Assembly: GCF_024298765.1 (NCBI RefSeq)
Contig: NZ_CP101210.1
DNA from: Escherichia coli
Lineage (GTDB): Bacteria; Pseudomonadota; Gammaproteobacteria; Enterobacterales; Enterobacteriaceae
Length of the DNA stretch: 64,000 nt
Reading direction: 5' to 3' (one strand)
This document shows, piece by piece, positions 32,111 to 45,192 of the stretch; the stretch's first letter is position 1, and each line of letters opens with the position of its first letter. Below the pieces are notes generated by a model. The model was not told the origin of the DNA and did no database searches. It saw only the letters and a program-made list of their open reading frames with translations. A program made the position numbers and the translations under genes.

Positions 32111-34774
32111 TTACGCCAGACGCGGGTTAACTTTATCTGCATCGATGTTGAATTTGGCGATTGCGTCAGCAACCACTTTCTTATCGATTTCGCCACGTTT
32201 AGCCAGTTCGCCCAGCGCCGCAACCACGACATAAGAAGCATCAACTTCAAAGTGGTGACGCAGGTTCTCACGGCTGTCGGAACGACCGAAGCCATCAGTA
32301 CCCAGTACGCGGTAGTCGTCAGCCGGTACGTAAGTACGGACCTGCTCAGCGAACAGTTTCATATAGTCGGTAGATGCCACTGCCGGAGCGTCGTTCATCA
32401 CCTGAGCGATATACGGAACGCGCGGAGTTTCCAGCGGGTGCAGCATGTTCCAGCGTTCACAATCCTGACCATCACGCGCCAGTTCGGTGAAGGAAGTCAC
32501 GCTATAAACGTCAGAACCTACGCCGTAATCTTTCGCCAGGATCTCTGCTGCTTCACGGACGTGACGCAGGATAGAACCGGAGCCCAGCAGCTGAACTTTA
32601 CCTTTGCTACCTTCAATGGTTTCGAGTTTGTAGATACCTTTACGGATACCTTCCTCAGCACCTTCCGGCATTGCTGGCATGTGGTAGTTTTCGTTCAGCG
32701 TAGTGATGTAGTAGTAAACGTTCTCTTGTTTCTCACCGTACATACGCTCCAGACCGTCATGCATAATGACAGCAACTTCGTAAGCGTAAGCCGGGTCGTA
32801 AGAGATACAGTTCGGGATAGTCAGCGACTGAATGTGGCTGTGACCATCTTCGTGCTGCAGACCTTCGCCGTTCAGGGTGGTACGACCGGAAGTACCGCCG
32901 ATCAGGAAGCCACGCGCTTGCTGGTCACCAGCCGCCCAGCACAGATCGCCGATACGCTGGAAGCCGAACATCGAGTAATAGATGTAGAACGGAATCATCG
33001 GCAGATTGTTGGTGCTGTAAGAGGTCGCCGCTGCCAGCCAGGAACACCCAGCGCCCAGCTCGTTGATCCCTTCCTGCAGAATCTGACCTTTCTCGTCTTC
33101 TTTATAGTAAGCAACCTGCTCGCGGTCCTGCGGGGTGTACTGCTGACCGTTCGGGCTGTAAATACCAATCTGACGGAACAGACCTTCCATACCGAAAGTA
33201 CGCGCTTCGTCGGCGATGATCGGTACCAGACGATCTTTGATCGACTTGTTCTTCAGCATTACGTTCAGGGCACGAACGAAAGCGATAGTGGTAGAGATCT
33301 CTTTGCTCTGCTCTTCCAGCAGCGCGCCGAAGTCTTGCAGGCTCGGCAGCTCAAGCTTCTCGGTGAAGTTCGGCTGACGGCTTGGCAGATAACCGTGCAG
33401 TTTCTGACGCTGAGCGTGCAGATAGGTATGCTCTTCAGAACCTTCCGGGAAGGTGATGTACGGCAATTTTTCGATATCGGCATCAGACACCGGCACATTG
33501 AAACGGTCGCGGATGTGACGCACGCCGTCCATGTTCATTTTCTTAACCTGGTGCGCGATGTTTTTACCTTCAGCCGCGTCGCCCATGCCGTAACCTTTAA
33601 TGGTATGAGCAAGGATTACCGTCGCTTTGCCTTTGGTTTCCTGCGCTTTCTTAAATGCAGCGTAGATTTTCTTCGGATCGTGACCACCACGGTTCAGTGC
33701 CCAGATCTGTTCGTCAGTCCAGTCTGCAACCAGTGCTGCGGTTTCAGGATATTTACCGAAGAAGTGTTCACGAACGTACGCACCATCTTTCGATTTGAAG
33801 GTCTGGTAGTCGCCGTCAACGGTTTCGTTCATCAGCTGGATCAGTTTACCGCTGGTATCTTTACGCAGCAGTTCATCCCAACGGCTACCCCACATCACTT
33901 TGATCACGTTCCAGCCAGCACCTTCGAAGATGCCTTCCAGTTCGTTGATGATCTTGCCGTTACCGGTGACCGGGCCGTCAAGACGCTGCAGGTTACAGTT
34001 GATAACGAAAACCAGGTTATCCAGTTTTTCACGGGTAGCGATGGTGATCGCACCTTTGGATTCCGGTTCGTCCATTTCACCGTCGCCGAGGAACGCGTAA
34101 ACGGTTTGTTTAGAGGTATCTTTCAGGCCACGGTGTTCCAGATATTTCAGGAATTTAGCCTGGTAAATAGCACCAATCGGCCCCAGACCCATAGATACGG
34201 TCGGGAACTGCCAGAATTCCGGCATCAGTTTCGGGTGCGGATAGGAAGAGAGGCCATTGCCGTGAACTTCCTGACGGAAGTTATCCAGCTGCTCCTGAGT
34301 CAGACGACCTTCCAGGAAAGCACGAGCGTAAACACCCGGGGAGATGTGGCCCTGGAAGTAAACCAGGTCGCCGCCATCCTGCTCGTTGCGTGCACGGAAG
34401 AAGTGGTTAAAGCACACATCATAAATGGTTGCGGAAGACTGGAAGGACGCCATGTGGCCGCCCAGTTCGAGGTCTTTTTTCGACGCACGCAGCACCGTCA
34501 TGATGGCGTTCCAGCGGATAGCTGAACGAATACGGCGTTCCAGTTCCAGATTACCCGGATACTCCGGTTGTTCTTCAACGGGGATGGTGTTGATGTAGTT
34601 GCTGATACCGGTGCCTGCGGCTACGTTGACACCGCCTTTGCGGGCTTCAGCAAGCAGTTGGTCGATCAGATACTGAGCACGCTCAACACCTTCTTCACGG
34701 ATGACCGATTCGATCGCCTGGAGCCAGTCGCGAGTTTCGATCGGATCCACGTCATTTGGGAAACGTTCTGACAT
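32111..34774 (-). CDS. aceE: pyruvate dehydrogenase E1 component
   Basis: 887-aa ORF recognised as AceE; 14-bp gap before aceF. Confidence 0.95.
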
Positions 34775-34934
34775 GGGTTATTCCTTATCTATCTAATAAC
34801 GTTGAGTTTTCTGGAACCTGTCCCATTGAACTCTCGCCGGAAAGCTCAATAAGACAGGTTCTACGTTTAGTTGCCGCGCTTTTATATGCGCTTGATTTAC
34901 AACATCTTCTGGATAATTTTTACCAGAAAAATCA

Positions 34935-35699
34935 CTAATTCTTTCGTTGCTCCAGACGACGTAGAGAACGCTCACGGCGGCTCTCTTCACGGCTTCTGTC
35001 GAGCAAAATTTCTTCGATAAAGGCCAGATGGCGATGCGATGCTTCGCGCGCTTCTTCCGGCTTACCGGCCATAATCGCTTCAAATATGCGGGTGCGGTGA
35101 CTACTCACCAGCGGCAGCATCTCGCGACGCGAATAGAGCAATTCGAAGTTCTGGCGGACATTCTGGGCCAACATCGGCTCCATACACCTTAGCAGATGAA
35201 GCAGAACCACATTGTGGGCCGCTTCGGTGACGGCAATCTGATACTGGAGTACGGCATTTGATTCCGCGTCCAGATCGCCAGACTGCTGCGCCAGCTCTAT
35301 GGCGTGGTGGAGTTCACGGATGCGTTCCTTGTCTTCATCGGTACTACGCAGCGCGGCGTAATAAGCGGCGATACCTTCCAGGGCGTGTCGTGTTTCGAGC
35401 AAGTCATACTGTGATTCAGGATGGTCGGAGAGCAGCTCCACCAGCGGATCGCTGAAGCTTTGCCATAGGCTGCTCTGGACAAAAGTGCCGCCACCCTGGC
35501 GACGAAGCAACAAGCCCTTCGCTTCGAGACGTTGAATCGCCTCACGCAATGAGGGACGGGAGACGTCAAACTGTTTTGCCAGTTCGCGTTCCGGTGGGAG
35601 TTTTTCGCCCGGGCGGAGAGTGCCTTCGAGGATCAAAAACTCCAGTTGCTGCTCAATCACATCGGAGAGTTTTGGTTGGCGGATTTTGCTGTAGGCCAT
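34935..35699 (-). CDS. pdhR: GntR-family pyruvate-responsive transcriptional repressor
   Basis: ORF 34935..35732 trimmed to [17 protein letters not shown] (254 aa). Confidence 0.9.
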
Positions 35700-35730
35700 G
35701 AGTTCCTGTCTTAAGCCACTTGCCGAAGTC

Positions 35731-35747
35731 AATTGGTCTTACCAATT
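35731..35747. promoter_or_regulatory. PdhR operator palindrome AATTGGTcttACCAATT in the pdhR promoter/leader
   Basis: perfect palindrome read from the sequence, about 32 bp upstream of the pdhR start; matches the known PdhR box. Confidence 0.75.
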
Positions 35748-36151
35748 TCATGTCTGTGACGCTAAAGTAACAAAGTATTCACCTTATGTCCATACAGGTT
35801 TTGATTGAAATCATGAAACTGTGCACATTTTAACAACTTGACATATATAACGTTTCAAAGTTGTAACTATGCACAAATGTAGACTTTACGTAAGAAAGGG
35901 ATTTTTTAACGATTATTAAACTATAAAAATCCGAATTGAACCGATTCACTTACCAATTTATCGATTTTTAATTCAAAAATAATGAATTTATATTCATTTT
36001 GTATGTTGAGGGGATTTGAGGCTGACCTTTACAAACGGTTCCTTTTTAAGCAACTCATCTTCAACCATGCATAAAGCGGGTGCATTCGCTGCCGTATACC
36101 ATTATTCTTTATCTGACGGAAGTCCTTTTGTAACAATTCAAACGTCTTTGA

Positions 36152-36169
36152 TGTAAACAAATTAATACA
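36152..36169. promoter_or_regulatory. putative TyrR box (TGTAAA-N6-AATACA) in the aroP upstream region
   Basis: resembles the TGTAAA-N6-TTTACA consensus; aroP is a known TyrR target; exact site not verified. Confidence 0.35.
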
Positions 36170-36242
36170 AAAAACGGAATTGCAAACTTACACACGCATC
36201 ACTGCGTAGATCAAAAAAACAATCACCGCACGAGGTTTCATA

Positions 36243-37613
36243 ATGGAAGGTCAACAGCACGGCGAGCAGCTAAAGCGCGGCCTTAAAAACCGCCATATTC
36301 AGCTTATCGCGCTGGGTGGCGCGATAGGGACAGGGCTATTCCTGGGTAGCGCCTCCGTAATACAGTCCGCAGGGCCAGGGATTATCCTGGGTTACGCCAT
36401 TGCTGGTTTTATCGCCTTTCTGATCATGCGTCAGCTAGGTGAAATGGTGGTCGAAGAACCTGTCGCAGGCTCCTTTAGCCACTTTGCTTATAAATACTGG
36501 GGCAGTTTTGCCGGTTTCGCCTCTGGCTGGAACTACTGGGTACTGTACGTTTTAGTTGCCATGGCAGAGCTGACTGCCGTGGGTAAATACATTCAGTTCT
36601 GGTATCCGGAAATCCCAACCTGGGTTTCTGCCGCCGTGTTCTTTGTGGTGATCAACGCCATCAACCTGACAAACGTAAAAGTGTTTGGCGAGATGGAGTT
36701 CTGGTTTGCCATTATCAAAGTTATCGCGGTGGTAGCGATGATCATCTTCGGTGCCTGGCTGCTATTCAGCGGCAACGGCGGCCCGCAGGCGAGCGTTAGC
36801 AACCTGTGGGATCAGGGTGGTTTCCTGCCACACGGCTTCACCGGTCTGGTGATGATGATGGCGATTATCATGTTCTCTTTCGGTGGTCTGGAACTGGTGG
36901 GGATCACCGCAGCAGAAGCTGATAACCCGGAGCAAAGTATCCCGAAAGCAACTAACCAGGTTATCTACCGCATCCTGATTTTCTATATTGGTTCGTTAGC
37001 CGTTCTGCTCTCACTAATGCCGTGGACCCGCGTTACCGCCGATACCAGTCCGTTTGTGCTGATCTTCCACGAGTTAGGCGATACCTTTGTAGCGAATGCG
37101 CTGAATATCGTGGTACTGACTGCTGCGCTCTCCGTGTACAACAGCTGCGTATATTGCAACAGCCGTATGCTGTTCGGTCTGGCACAACAAGGGAACGCGC
37201 CAAAAGCGCTGGCGTCTGTCGATAAACGCGGCGTACCGGTTAACACTATTCTGGTGTCTGCGCTGGTTACGGCATTGTGCGTACTGATTAACTACCTTGC
37301 CCCAGAGTCCGCTTTCGGACTGTTAATGGCGCTGGTGGTATCTGCACTGGTCATCAACTGGGCGATGATCAGTCTGGCGCATATGAAATTCCGTCGTGCC
37401 AAGCAGGAACAAGGCGTGGTAACTCGCTTCCCTGCTCTGCTTTATCCGCTGGGTAACTGGATCTGCCTGCTGTTTATGGCGGCGGTACTGGTGATTATGC
37501 TGATGACCCCAGGAATGGCGATTTCGGTATACCTGATCCCGGTATGGCTGATCGTGTTAGGTATCGGCTATCTGTTTAAAGAGAAAACCGCCAAAGCCGT
37601 AAAAGCGCATTAA
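36243..37613 (+). CDS. aroP: aromatic amino acid:H+ symporter (APC family)
   Basis: 456-aa hydrophobic ORF recognised as AroP. Confidence 0.9.
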   Translation: MEGQQHGEQLKRGLKNRHIQLIALGGAIGTGLFLGSASVIQSAGPGIILGYAIAGFIAFLIMRQLGEMVVEEPVAGSFSHFAYKYWGSFAGFASGWNYWVLYVLVAMAELTAVGKYIQFWYPEIPTWVSAAVFFVVINAINLTNVKVFGEMEFWFAIIKVIAVVAMIIFGAWLLFSGNGGPQASVSNLWDQGGFLPHGFTGLVMMMAIIMFSFGGLELVGITAAEADNPEQSIPKATNQVIYRILIFYIGSLAVLLSLMPWTRVTADTSPFVLIFHELGDTFVANALNIVVLTAALSVYNSCVYCNSRMLFGLAQQGNAPKALASVDKRGVPVNTILVSALVTALCVLINYLAPESAFGLLMALVVSALVINWAMISLAHMKFRRAKQEQGVVTRFPALLYPLGNWICLLFMAAVLVIMLMTPGMAISVYLIPVWLIVLGIGYLFKEKTAKAVKAH

Positions 37614-37637
37614 TCTCTCTACGCCCTCACCCGTGCA
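37613..37637. terminator. bidirectional stem-loop between the convergent aroP and ampE genes (gccctcaccc...gggtgagggc)
   Basis: perfect 10-bp inverted repeat read directly from the sequence. Confidence 0.65.
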
Positions 37638-37655
37638 GGGTGAGGGCAATAATCT

Positions 37656-38510
37656 TTACACCAACGCCCCGTAAATCGTCAGTAGCGCAATTACCACCAC
37701 GACCACGAACGAGGTTTTCTTCGCCATTGAAACCGCTGCCTTTGGCGTCTCCACCTTATCGACATGCGGTTCACGCGCCAGAGAGAACTGTGCCAGACGC
37801 GTTAATACCTGATATTGCGAAGTATGGAAATCACCCAGCGAAGCAAACCAGGCCGGTAACGCTTTCTCACCATGACCGATCAAGGCATATACCACACCCG
37901 CAAGACGAACCGGCACCCAATCCAGTACATGAAGCACGGCATCAATGCCGGACTGTAAACGATGATGCGGCGTCTGGTATCGCGCCAGCCAGTATTGCCA
38001 TGCACGCAAAAACGCATACCCCATCAGCGTAACGGGTCCCCAGGTTCCCCCCACAATCAGCCAGAACAGCGGAGCAAGATAAAAACGAAAGTTAATCCAC
38101 AGCAATGCATTTTGCAGCTCACGCAAATACTCACGTTCATCGCAGCCTGCCGGGACGCCGTGAATCATGGTGAGTTCGCCAGCCATCGTGGCACGGGCAT
38201 GGCTATCATTACGTGAAGCAGCTGTCAGATAAGCATGATAATGAAGACGAACTTTACCTGCGCCAATACACAGCAAACCAATCAGCAGCCACACCAGCAG
38301 CGTGGGAACGTTGAACAATACTCCCTGCAATGCGCGTAACAGTAAAAAAGTCACGCCCATCGCAATAATGGTCATGCCTAATGTGCGCCCGAGAGAAAAA
38401 TGTTTCACCCGCCGAAAGAACGCTTCAAGACGATGATCAATCTGCCAGTGCTCGCCCAACTTAAACAGGCGCTCGAAAATTAACACCAGTAAGGTTGTAA
38501 ATAGCGTCAT
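37656..38510 (-). CDS. ampE: inner-membrane protein AmpE
   Basis: ORF 37656..38549 trimmed to [16 protein letters not shown] (284 aa); 4-nt overlap with the ampD stop. Confidence 0.9.
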   Translation of the reverse strand: MTLFTTLLVLIFERLFKLGEHWQIDHRLEAFFRRVKHFSLGRTLGMTIIAMGVTFLLLRALQGVLFNVPTLLVWLLIGLLCIGAGKVRLHYHAYLTAASRNDSHARATMAGELTMIHGVPAGCDEREYLRELQNALLWINFRFYLAPLFWLIVGGTWGPVTLMGYAFLRAWQYWLARYQTPHHRLQSGIDAVLHVLDWVPVRLAGVVYALIGHGEKALPAWFASLGDFHTSQYQVLTRLAQFSLAREPHVDKVETPKAAVSMAKKTSFVVVVVIALLTIYGALV

Positions 38511-39058
38511 GTTGTCTCCTTGCTGACCAGTGCACGAAACCGTGCCCAATCAAATGCAGGACCGGGATCGGTTTTCCGATCCGGCGCAATATCACAATGG
38601 CCCGTCATGTTATTAGCGATATCTGGATAGCGATCAATCAGTGCCCGCGTAACCGCCACAAGCTGTTGATACTGCGCATCGGTATACGCCAGCGTATCGG
38701 TGCCTTCCAGCTCAATCCCAATAGAAAAATCATTGCAGCGTTCGCGCCCCTGATACTGAGAGACTCCGGCATGCCAGGCACGTTTATCGAAAGGAACATA
38801 CTGGACTATTTCACCATCGCGGCGAATCAAACAGTGAGCGGAGACGCGCAAATGGGCGATCTCAGCAAAGAAAGGATGCGCCTGCGGATCAATAGTTCCA
38901 GTGAATAATGCGTCGATCCACGGACCGCCAAACTCGCCTGGCGGCAGGCTAATATTGTGCACCACCAGCAGGGTGGGTGTTTCGTCATCCGGGCGGCAAT
39001 CGTAATGTGGTGAGGGAACGCGGCGCGCGCCAACCAGCCACCCCTGTTCTAACAACAT
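38507..39058 (-). CDS. ampD: 1,6-anhydro-N-acetylmuramyl-L-alanine amidase
   Basis: 183-aa ORF recognised as AmpD. Confidence 0.95.
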   Translation of the reverse strand: MLLEQGWLVGARRVPSPHYDCRPDDETPTLLVVHNISLPPGEFGGPWIDALFTGTIDPQAHPFFAEIAHLRVSAHCLIRRDGEIVQYVPFDKRAWHAGVSQYQGRERCNDFSIGIELEGTDTLAYTDAQYQQLVAVTRALIDRYPDIANNMTGHCDIAPDRKTDPGPAFDWARFRALVSKETT

Positions 39059-39085
39059 GCAGGATCTCCTTATATGTGGTGCTAA

Positions 39086-40039
<954 letters not shown>

Positions 40040-40241
40040 TTGCTGACAGATTTATCCGCTCCATCGCGGGCGGATAATCTCCCCTTTCCCAACTTTCTTC
40101 GTAACGCCTCGCAAATTTCTTGTCTTTCGCTGCAACGTAATAAAAAACTCCGGAAGCTGCTTTCCCGTTTCGTTTTTTGCCCCTCGCTTGTGCTGATGGC
40201 GTTTGCCAAAGTAGCGCCAACCAAATCAAGGAGCGAAACAA

Positions 40242-40682
40242 ATGGACAAGCAACGCGGTTTTACACTTATCGAACTGATGGTGGTTATTGGCATCATTGC
40301 CATTTTAAGCGCCATTGGTATTCCCGCTTATCAAAACTACCTGCGCAAAGCCGCACTCACCGACATGCTACAAACCTTTGTGCCTTACCGTACCGCCGTA
40401 GAGTTGTGCGCGCTGGAACATGGTGGATTAGATACCTGCGACGGTGGCAGCAATGGCATTCCCTCGCCTACCACCACCCGCTATGTTTCAGCCATGAGTG
40501 TGGCAAAGGGCGTGGTGTCGCTGACCGGGCAAGAAAGTCTCAATGGGCTAAGCGTCGTCATGACACCGGGTTGGGATAACGCAAACGGCGTCACCGGCTG
40601 GACGCGCAACTGCAATATTCAAAGTGACAGCGCATTGCAGCAAGCCTGCGAAGATGTCTTTCGCTTTGATGACGCCAACTAA
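40242..40682 (+). CDS. ppdD: type IV prepilin (major pilin)
   Basis: 146-aa ORF with the classic prepilin leader MDKQRGFTLIELMVV. Confidence 0.9.
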   Translation: MDKQRGFTLIELMVVIGIIAILSAIGIPAYQNYLRKAALTDMLQTFVPYRTAVELCALEHGGLDTCDGGSNGIPSPTTTRYVSAMSVAKGVVSLTGQESLNGLSVVMTPGWDNANGVTGWTRNCNIQSDSALQQACEDVFRFDDAN

Positions 40683-40691
40683 GGAGCGGCA

Positions 40692-42077
40692 ATGAATATT
40701 CCACAGCTCACCGCCCTGTGTCTGCGTTATCAGGGAGTCTTGCTGGATGCCAGCGAAGAGGTGGTTCATGTTGCGGTGGTCGATGCCCCTTCGCATGAGC
40801 TACTGGACGCATTGCATTTCGCTACCACCAAACGTATTGAGATCACCTGCTGGACGCGCCAACAAATGGAAGGTCACGCCAGTCGCACCCAACAGACATT
40901 GCCCGTAGCTATTCATGAGAAGCATCAGCCCAAAGCAGAGTTGCTGACTCGAACGTTACAATCTGCGCTGGAACAACGCGCGTCTGATATTCATATCGAA
41001 CCAGCGGACAATGCCTACCGCATCCGCTTGCGTATCGACGGTGTATTGCATCCTTTACCGGATGTTTTACCGGATGCCGGAGTCGCATTAACCGCCAGAT
41101 TAAAAGTGCTGGGCAACCTGGATATTGCGGAACATCGCCTGCCGCAGGACGGGCAATTCACTGTCGAACTGGCAGGAAACGCCGTCTCATTTCGTATTGC
41201 GACCTTACCATGCCGGGGTGGTGAAAAGGTGGTATTAAGGTTGTTACAGCAGGTGAGCCAGGCACTGGATGTCAACACGCTGGGGATGCAGCCGTTACAA
41301 CTGGCGGACTTTGCTCATGCCTTGCAACAACCACAGGGACTGGTGCTGGTAACTGGCCCTACAGGCAGCGGCAAAACGGTCACGCTTTATAGTGCCCTGC
41401 AAACGCTGAATACCGCTGACATTAATATTTGTAGCGTCGAAGATCCGGTTGAGATCCCCATAGCCGGACTAAACCAGACGCAAATCCATCCGCGTGCCGG
41501 TCTTACCTTTCAGGGCGTTTTGCGTGCGTTATTGCGCCAGGACCCTGACGTCATCATGATCGGAGAGATCCGCGATGGCGAAACAGCAGAGATCGCTATT
41601 AAAGCGGCGCAAACCGGTCACCTGGTGTTGTCTACCCTACACACCAATTCCACCACTGAAACACTGGTACGTTTACAGCAAATGGGAGTCGCCCGCTGGA
41701 TGCTCTCATCGGCGCTTACGCTGGTAATAGCCCAGCGTCTGGTACGCAAACTTTGCCCACATTGCCGCCTGCAGCAAGGGGAGCCCATCCATATTCCAGA
41801 CAATGTATGGCCGTCGCCGCTGCCCCGCTGGCAAGCACCCGGTTGTGTACATTGCTACCACGGTTTTTATGGTCGCACGGCCTTATTTGAAGTTCTGCCC
41901 ATAACACCGTTCATACGTCAGCTTATTTCCGCTAATACCGACGTTGAATCGCTGGAAACGCACGCCCGACAGGCGGGTATGCGAACGCTTTTTGAAAACG
42001 GCTGCCTGGCCGTGGAGCAAGGCTTAACCACCTTTGAAGAGTTAATCCGCGTATTGGGAATGCCGCATGGCGAGTAA
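40692..42077 (+). CDS. hofB: type IV pilus assembly ATPase (GspE/PilB family)
   Basis: 461-aa ORF; Walker A GPTGSGKT; tetracysteine motif (CPHC...C..C). Confidence 0.9.
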   Translation: MNIPQLTALCLRYQGVLLDASEEVVHVAVVDAPSHELLDALHFATTKRIEITCWTRQQMEGHASRTQQTLPVAIHEKHQPKAELLTRTLQSALEQRASDIHIEPADNAYRIRLRIDGVLHPLPDVLPDAGVALTARLKVLGNLDIAEHRLPQDGQFTVELAGNAVSFRIATLPCRGGEKVVLRLLQQVSQALDVNTLGMQPLQLADFAHALQQPQGLVLVTGPTGSGKTVTLYSALQTLNTADINICSVEDPVEIPIAGLNQTQIHPRAGLTFQGVLRALLRQDPDVIMIGEIRDGETAEIAIKAAQTGHLVLSTLHTNSTTETLVRLQQMGVARWMLSSALTLVIAQRLVRKLCPHCRLQQGEPIHIPDNVWPSPLPRWQAPGCVHCYHGFYGRTALFEVLPITPFIRQLISANTDVESLETHARQAGMRTLFENGCLAVEQGLTTFEELIRVLGMPHGE

Positions 42078-43269
42078 GCAACTCTGGCGCTGGCGTGGCA
42101 TAACCGGCGGCGGCAATGCGCAAGATGGGATGCTATGGGCAGAGAGCCGTGCTTTGCTGCTCATAGCACTACAGCAACAGATGGTTACCCCACTTAGCCT
42201 GAAGCGAATCGCCATCAATTCTGCGCAGTGGCGAGGAGATAAAAGCGCGGAAGTCATTCATCAACTGGCGACGCTACTCAAAGCCGGGTTAACGCTTTCT
42301 GAAGGGCTGGCACTGCTGGCGGAACAGCATCCCAGTAAGCAATGGCAAGCGTTGCTGCAATCGCTGGCGCACGATCTCGAACAGGGCATTGCTTTTTCCA
42401 ATGCCTTATTACCCTGGTCAGAGGTATTTCCGCCGCTCTATCAGGCAATGATCCGCACGGGGGAATTGACTGGTAAGTTAGATGAATGTTGCTTTGAACT
42501 TGCTCGACAGCAAAAAGCCCAACGTCAGTTAGCCGATAAAGTGAAATCAGCGTTGCGTTATCCCATCATCATTTTAGCGATGGCAATCATGGTGGTTGTG
42601 GCAATGCTGCATTTTGTGCTGCCGGAGTTTGCTGCTATTTATAAGACCTTCAACACCCCACTACCGGTACTAACGCAGGGGATCATGACGCTGGCAGACT
42701 TTAGTGGCGAATGGGGCTGGCTGCTGGTGTTGTTCGGCTTTCTGCTGGCGATAGCCAATAAGTTGCTGATGCGCCGCCCGACCTGGCTCATCGTGAGGCA
42801 AAAATTACTGTTACGCATCCCAATTATGGGTTCACTGATGCGAGGACAAAAACTCACGCAGATCTTTACGATTCTGGCGCTGACACAAAGTGCAGGCATT
42901 ACTTTTTTACAGGGCGTAGAGAGCGTCAGAGCAACAATGCGCTGTCCGTATTGGGAGCAACTTCTGACACAAATCCAGCACGATATCAGTAACGGTCATC
43001 CCATCTGGCTGGCGCTAAAAAATGCCGGTGAGTTTAGCCCGCTCTGTTTGCAATTAGTGAGAACAGGAGAGGCATCCGGTTCGCTGGATCTCATGTTAGA
43101 CAACCTCGCCCGTCATCATCGGGATAACACCATGGCGCTGGCGGATAACCTTGCAGCCTTGCTCGAACCGGTGTTGCTGGTCATAACGGGAGGAATTATC
43201 GGTACGCTAGTGGTGGCAATGTATTTGCCAATTTTCCATTTAGGCGATGCGATGAGTGGGATGGGATAA
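42067..43269 (+). CDS. hofC: type IV pilus assembly inner-membrane platform protein (GspF/PilC family)
   Basis: 400-aa ORF; overlaps the hofB 3' end by 11 nt. Confidence 0.9.
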   Translation: MASKQLWRWRGITGGGNAQDGMLWAESRALLLIALQQQMVTPLSLKRIAINSAQWRGDKSAEVIHQLATLLKAGLTLSEGLALLAEQHPSKQWQALLQSLAHDLEQGIAFSNALLPWSEVFPPLYQAMIRTGELTGKLDECCFELARQQKAQRQLADKVKSALRYPIIILAMAIMVVVAMLHFVLPEFAAIYKTFNTPLPVLTQGIMTLADFSGEWGWLLVLFGFLLAIANKLLMRRPTWLIVRQKLLLRIPIMGSLMRGQKLTQIFTILALTQSAGITFLQGVESVRATMRCPYWEQLLTQIQHDISNGHPIWLALKNAGEFSPLCLQLVRTGEASGSLDLMLDNLARHHRDNTMALADNLAALLEPVLLVITGGIIGTLVVAMYLPIFHLGDAMSGMG

Positions 43270-43295
43270 CGCTGGCGTGTTACTCCACGCCAGCA
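43270..43295. terminator. bidirectional stem-loop between the convergent hofC and guaC genes (gctggcgtg...cacgccagc)
   Basis: inverted repeat read directly from the sequence. Confidence 0.6.
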
Positions 43296-43303
43296 TTGGG
43301 AGA

Positions 43304-44347
43304 TTACAGATTGTTGAAGATGCGGTTTTCTTGTTCCTGTACACGGATAAACGTAGTGCGCTTGGTCAGCTCTTTCAGGCGTGAAGCCCCAACGTATGTA
43401 CAAGCTGAACGCAGGCCGCCCAAAATATCACGCGCGGTATTTTCAACCGGGCCTCGCAGCGGCAGCTTAACGGTTTTACCTTCTGCTGCGCGATATTCCG
43501 CAACGCCGCCAACGTGACGTTTCATCGCAGACTCGGAGCTCATGCCGTAGAACAGCATAAATTTCTCGCCGTTCTCCTCAACGATGCGACCGCCGCTCTC
43601 TTCGTGGCCCGCCAGCATGCCGCCAAGCATGACGAAATCGGCACCGCCGCCAAAGGCTTTCGCGACATCGCCCGGCGTGGTGCAGCCACCGTCGCTGACG
43701 ATCATTCCGCCCAGACCATGCGCAGCATCGGCACATTCGATCACCGCAGAAAGTTGCGGATAACCGACGCCTGTTTTGACGCGAGTTGTACAAACAGAAC
43801 CTGGGCCAATGCCAACTTTAACGATATCAGCACCGGAGAGGATAAGCTCCTCACACATTTCACCAGTCACTACGTTGCCAGCACAAATGGTTTTGGTCGG
43901 CCACGCTTCACGCGCTTTCGCAACGAACTGCACGAAGTGTTCAGAATAACCATTCGCCACGTCAATACAAACGAAGTTTAATGCCGGGTTCAGGTCGAGA
44001 ATCTGTTTAGTTTTTTCGAAATCCGCATCAGACGTACCGGTAGAAACCATCACATGTTTCAGCACATCAGCGGAAGAATTGTTGATAAACGCTTGCCACT
44101 CTTCGACAGAATAGTGTTTATGCACAGCAGTCAGAATATCAAAAGAAGCCAGCGCAGAGGCCATAGAAAATGTGCCTACGGTGTCCATATTTGCGGCAAT
44201 AATCGGCACGCCGGACCAGCTCTGACCTGAATGTTTAAAGGTGAATTGACGTTCCAGTTCAACATCGGAACGGCTTTTAAGAGTGGAGCGTTTAGGGCGG
44301 ATGAGAACGTCTTTAAAACCTAACTTCAGATCTTCTTCAATACGCAT
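43304..44347 (-). CDS. guaC: GMP reductase
   Basis: 347-aa ORF recognised as GuaC (IMPDH/GMPR fold, active-site Cys region). Confidence 0.95.
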
Positions 44348-44571
44348 GTGCGGATTCCTGGGGTTAATGGCTATAAGGGTAAGAGCGCAACTCCAGTGAC
44401 GCTATCATACGCACTAATCAATGCGGCGCAAGACTGCGAAATTGTCTTTTTTTACGCTACAATCCCATAAATTTACCTGGTAAATAGTGAGCGAACGTTT
44501 CATCAATTTCGCTTTCGTGCGCTCATTTTTAACGTTTTGATAATCATGATGAATTCCCGGGAATATAAATT

Positions 44572-45192
44572 ATGAGGTATATAGTTGCCTTAACGGGAGG
44601 CATTGGCAGTGGCAAGAGTACCGTTGCCAATGCGTTTGCTGATCTCGGAATTAACGTCATTGATGCCGATATTATTGCGCGTCAGGTGGTTGAACCAGGT
44701 GCACCTGCGCTACATGCCATTGCTGATCACTTTGGCGCTAACATGATTGCTGCTGATGGAACATTGCAGCGCCGGGCCTTGCGCGAGCGGATTTTCGCCA
44801 ACCCGGAAGAGAAAAACTGGCTTAACGCCCTGCTGCATCCGCTGATTCAGCAAGAGACGCAACACCAGATCCAGCAAGCATCTTCCCCCTATGTACTTTG
44901 GGTTGTGCCATTGCTGGTAGAAAACTCATTGTATAAAAAAGCGAATCGAGTGCTGGTGGTGGATGTCAGCCCAGAAACGCAACTTAAACGCACCATGCAG
45001 CGCGATGATGTCACTCGCGAGCATGTTGAACAAATTCTTGCTGCTCAGGCAACGCGCGAAGCCCGCCTTGCCGTGGCAGATGACGTCATTGATAATAACG
45101 GCGCACCGGATGCTATCGCATCGGATGTTGCCCGCCTGCACGCACACTATTTGCAGCTTGCGTCGCAGTTTGTCTCACAGGAAAAACCGTAA
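44572..45192 (+). CDS. coaE: dephospho-CoA kinase
   Basis: 206-aa ORF; P-loop GGIGSGKST. Confidence 0.95.
   Translation: MRYIVALTGGIGSGKSTVANAFADLGINVIDADIIARQVVEPGAPALHAIADHFGANMIAADGTLQRRALRERIFANPEEKNWLNALLHPLIQQETQHQIQQASSPYVLWVVPLLVENSLYKKANRVLVVDVSPETQLKRTMQRDDVTREHVEQILAAQATREARLAVADDVIDNNGAPDAIASDVARLHAHYLQLASQFVSQEKP

Noticed and set aside
32252-34525. 757-aa ORF on the + strand
   Set aside because: Antisense to aceE; same artefact of codon bias suppressing stop codons on the opposite strand
44440-44465. TTGTCT ... TACAAT as a sigma-70 promoter for coaE
   Set aside because: Spacing between the hexamers is only about 10 bp, too short for a functional -35/-10 pair
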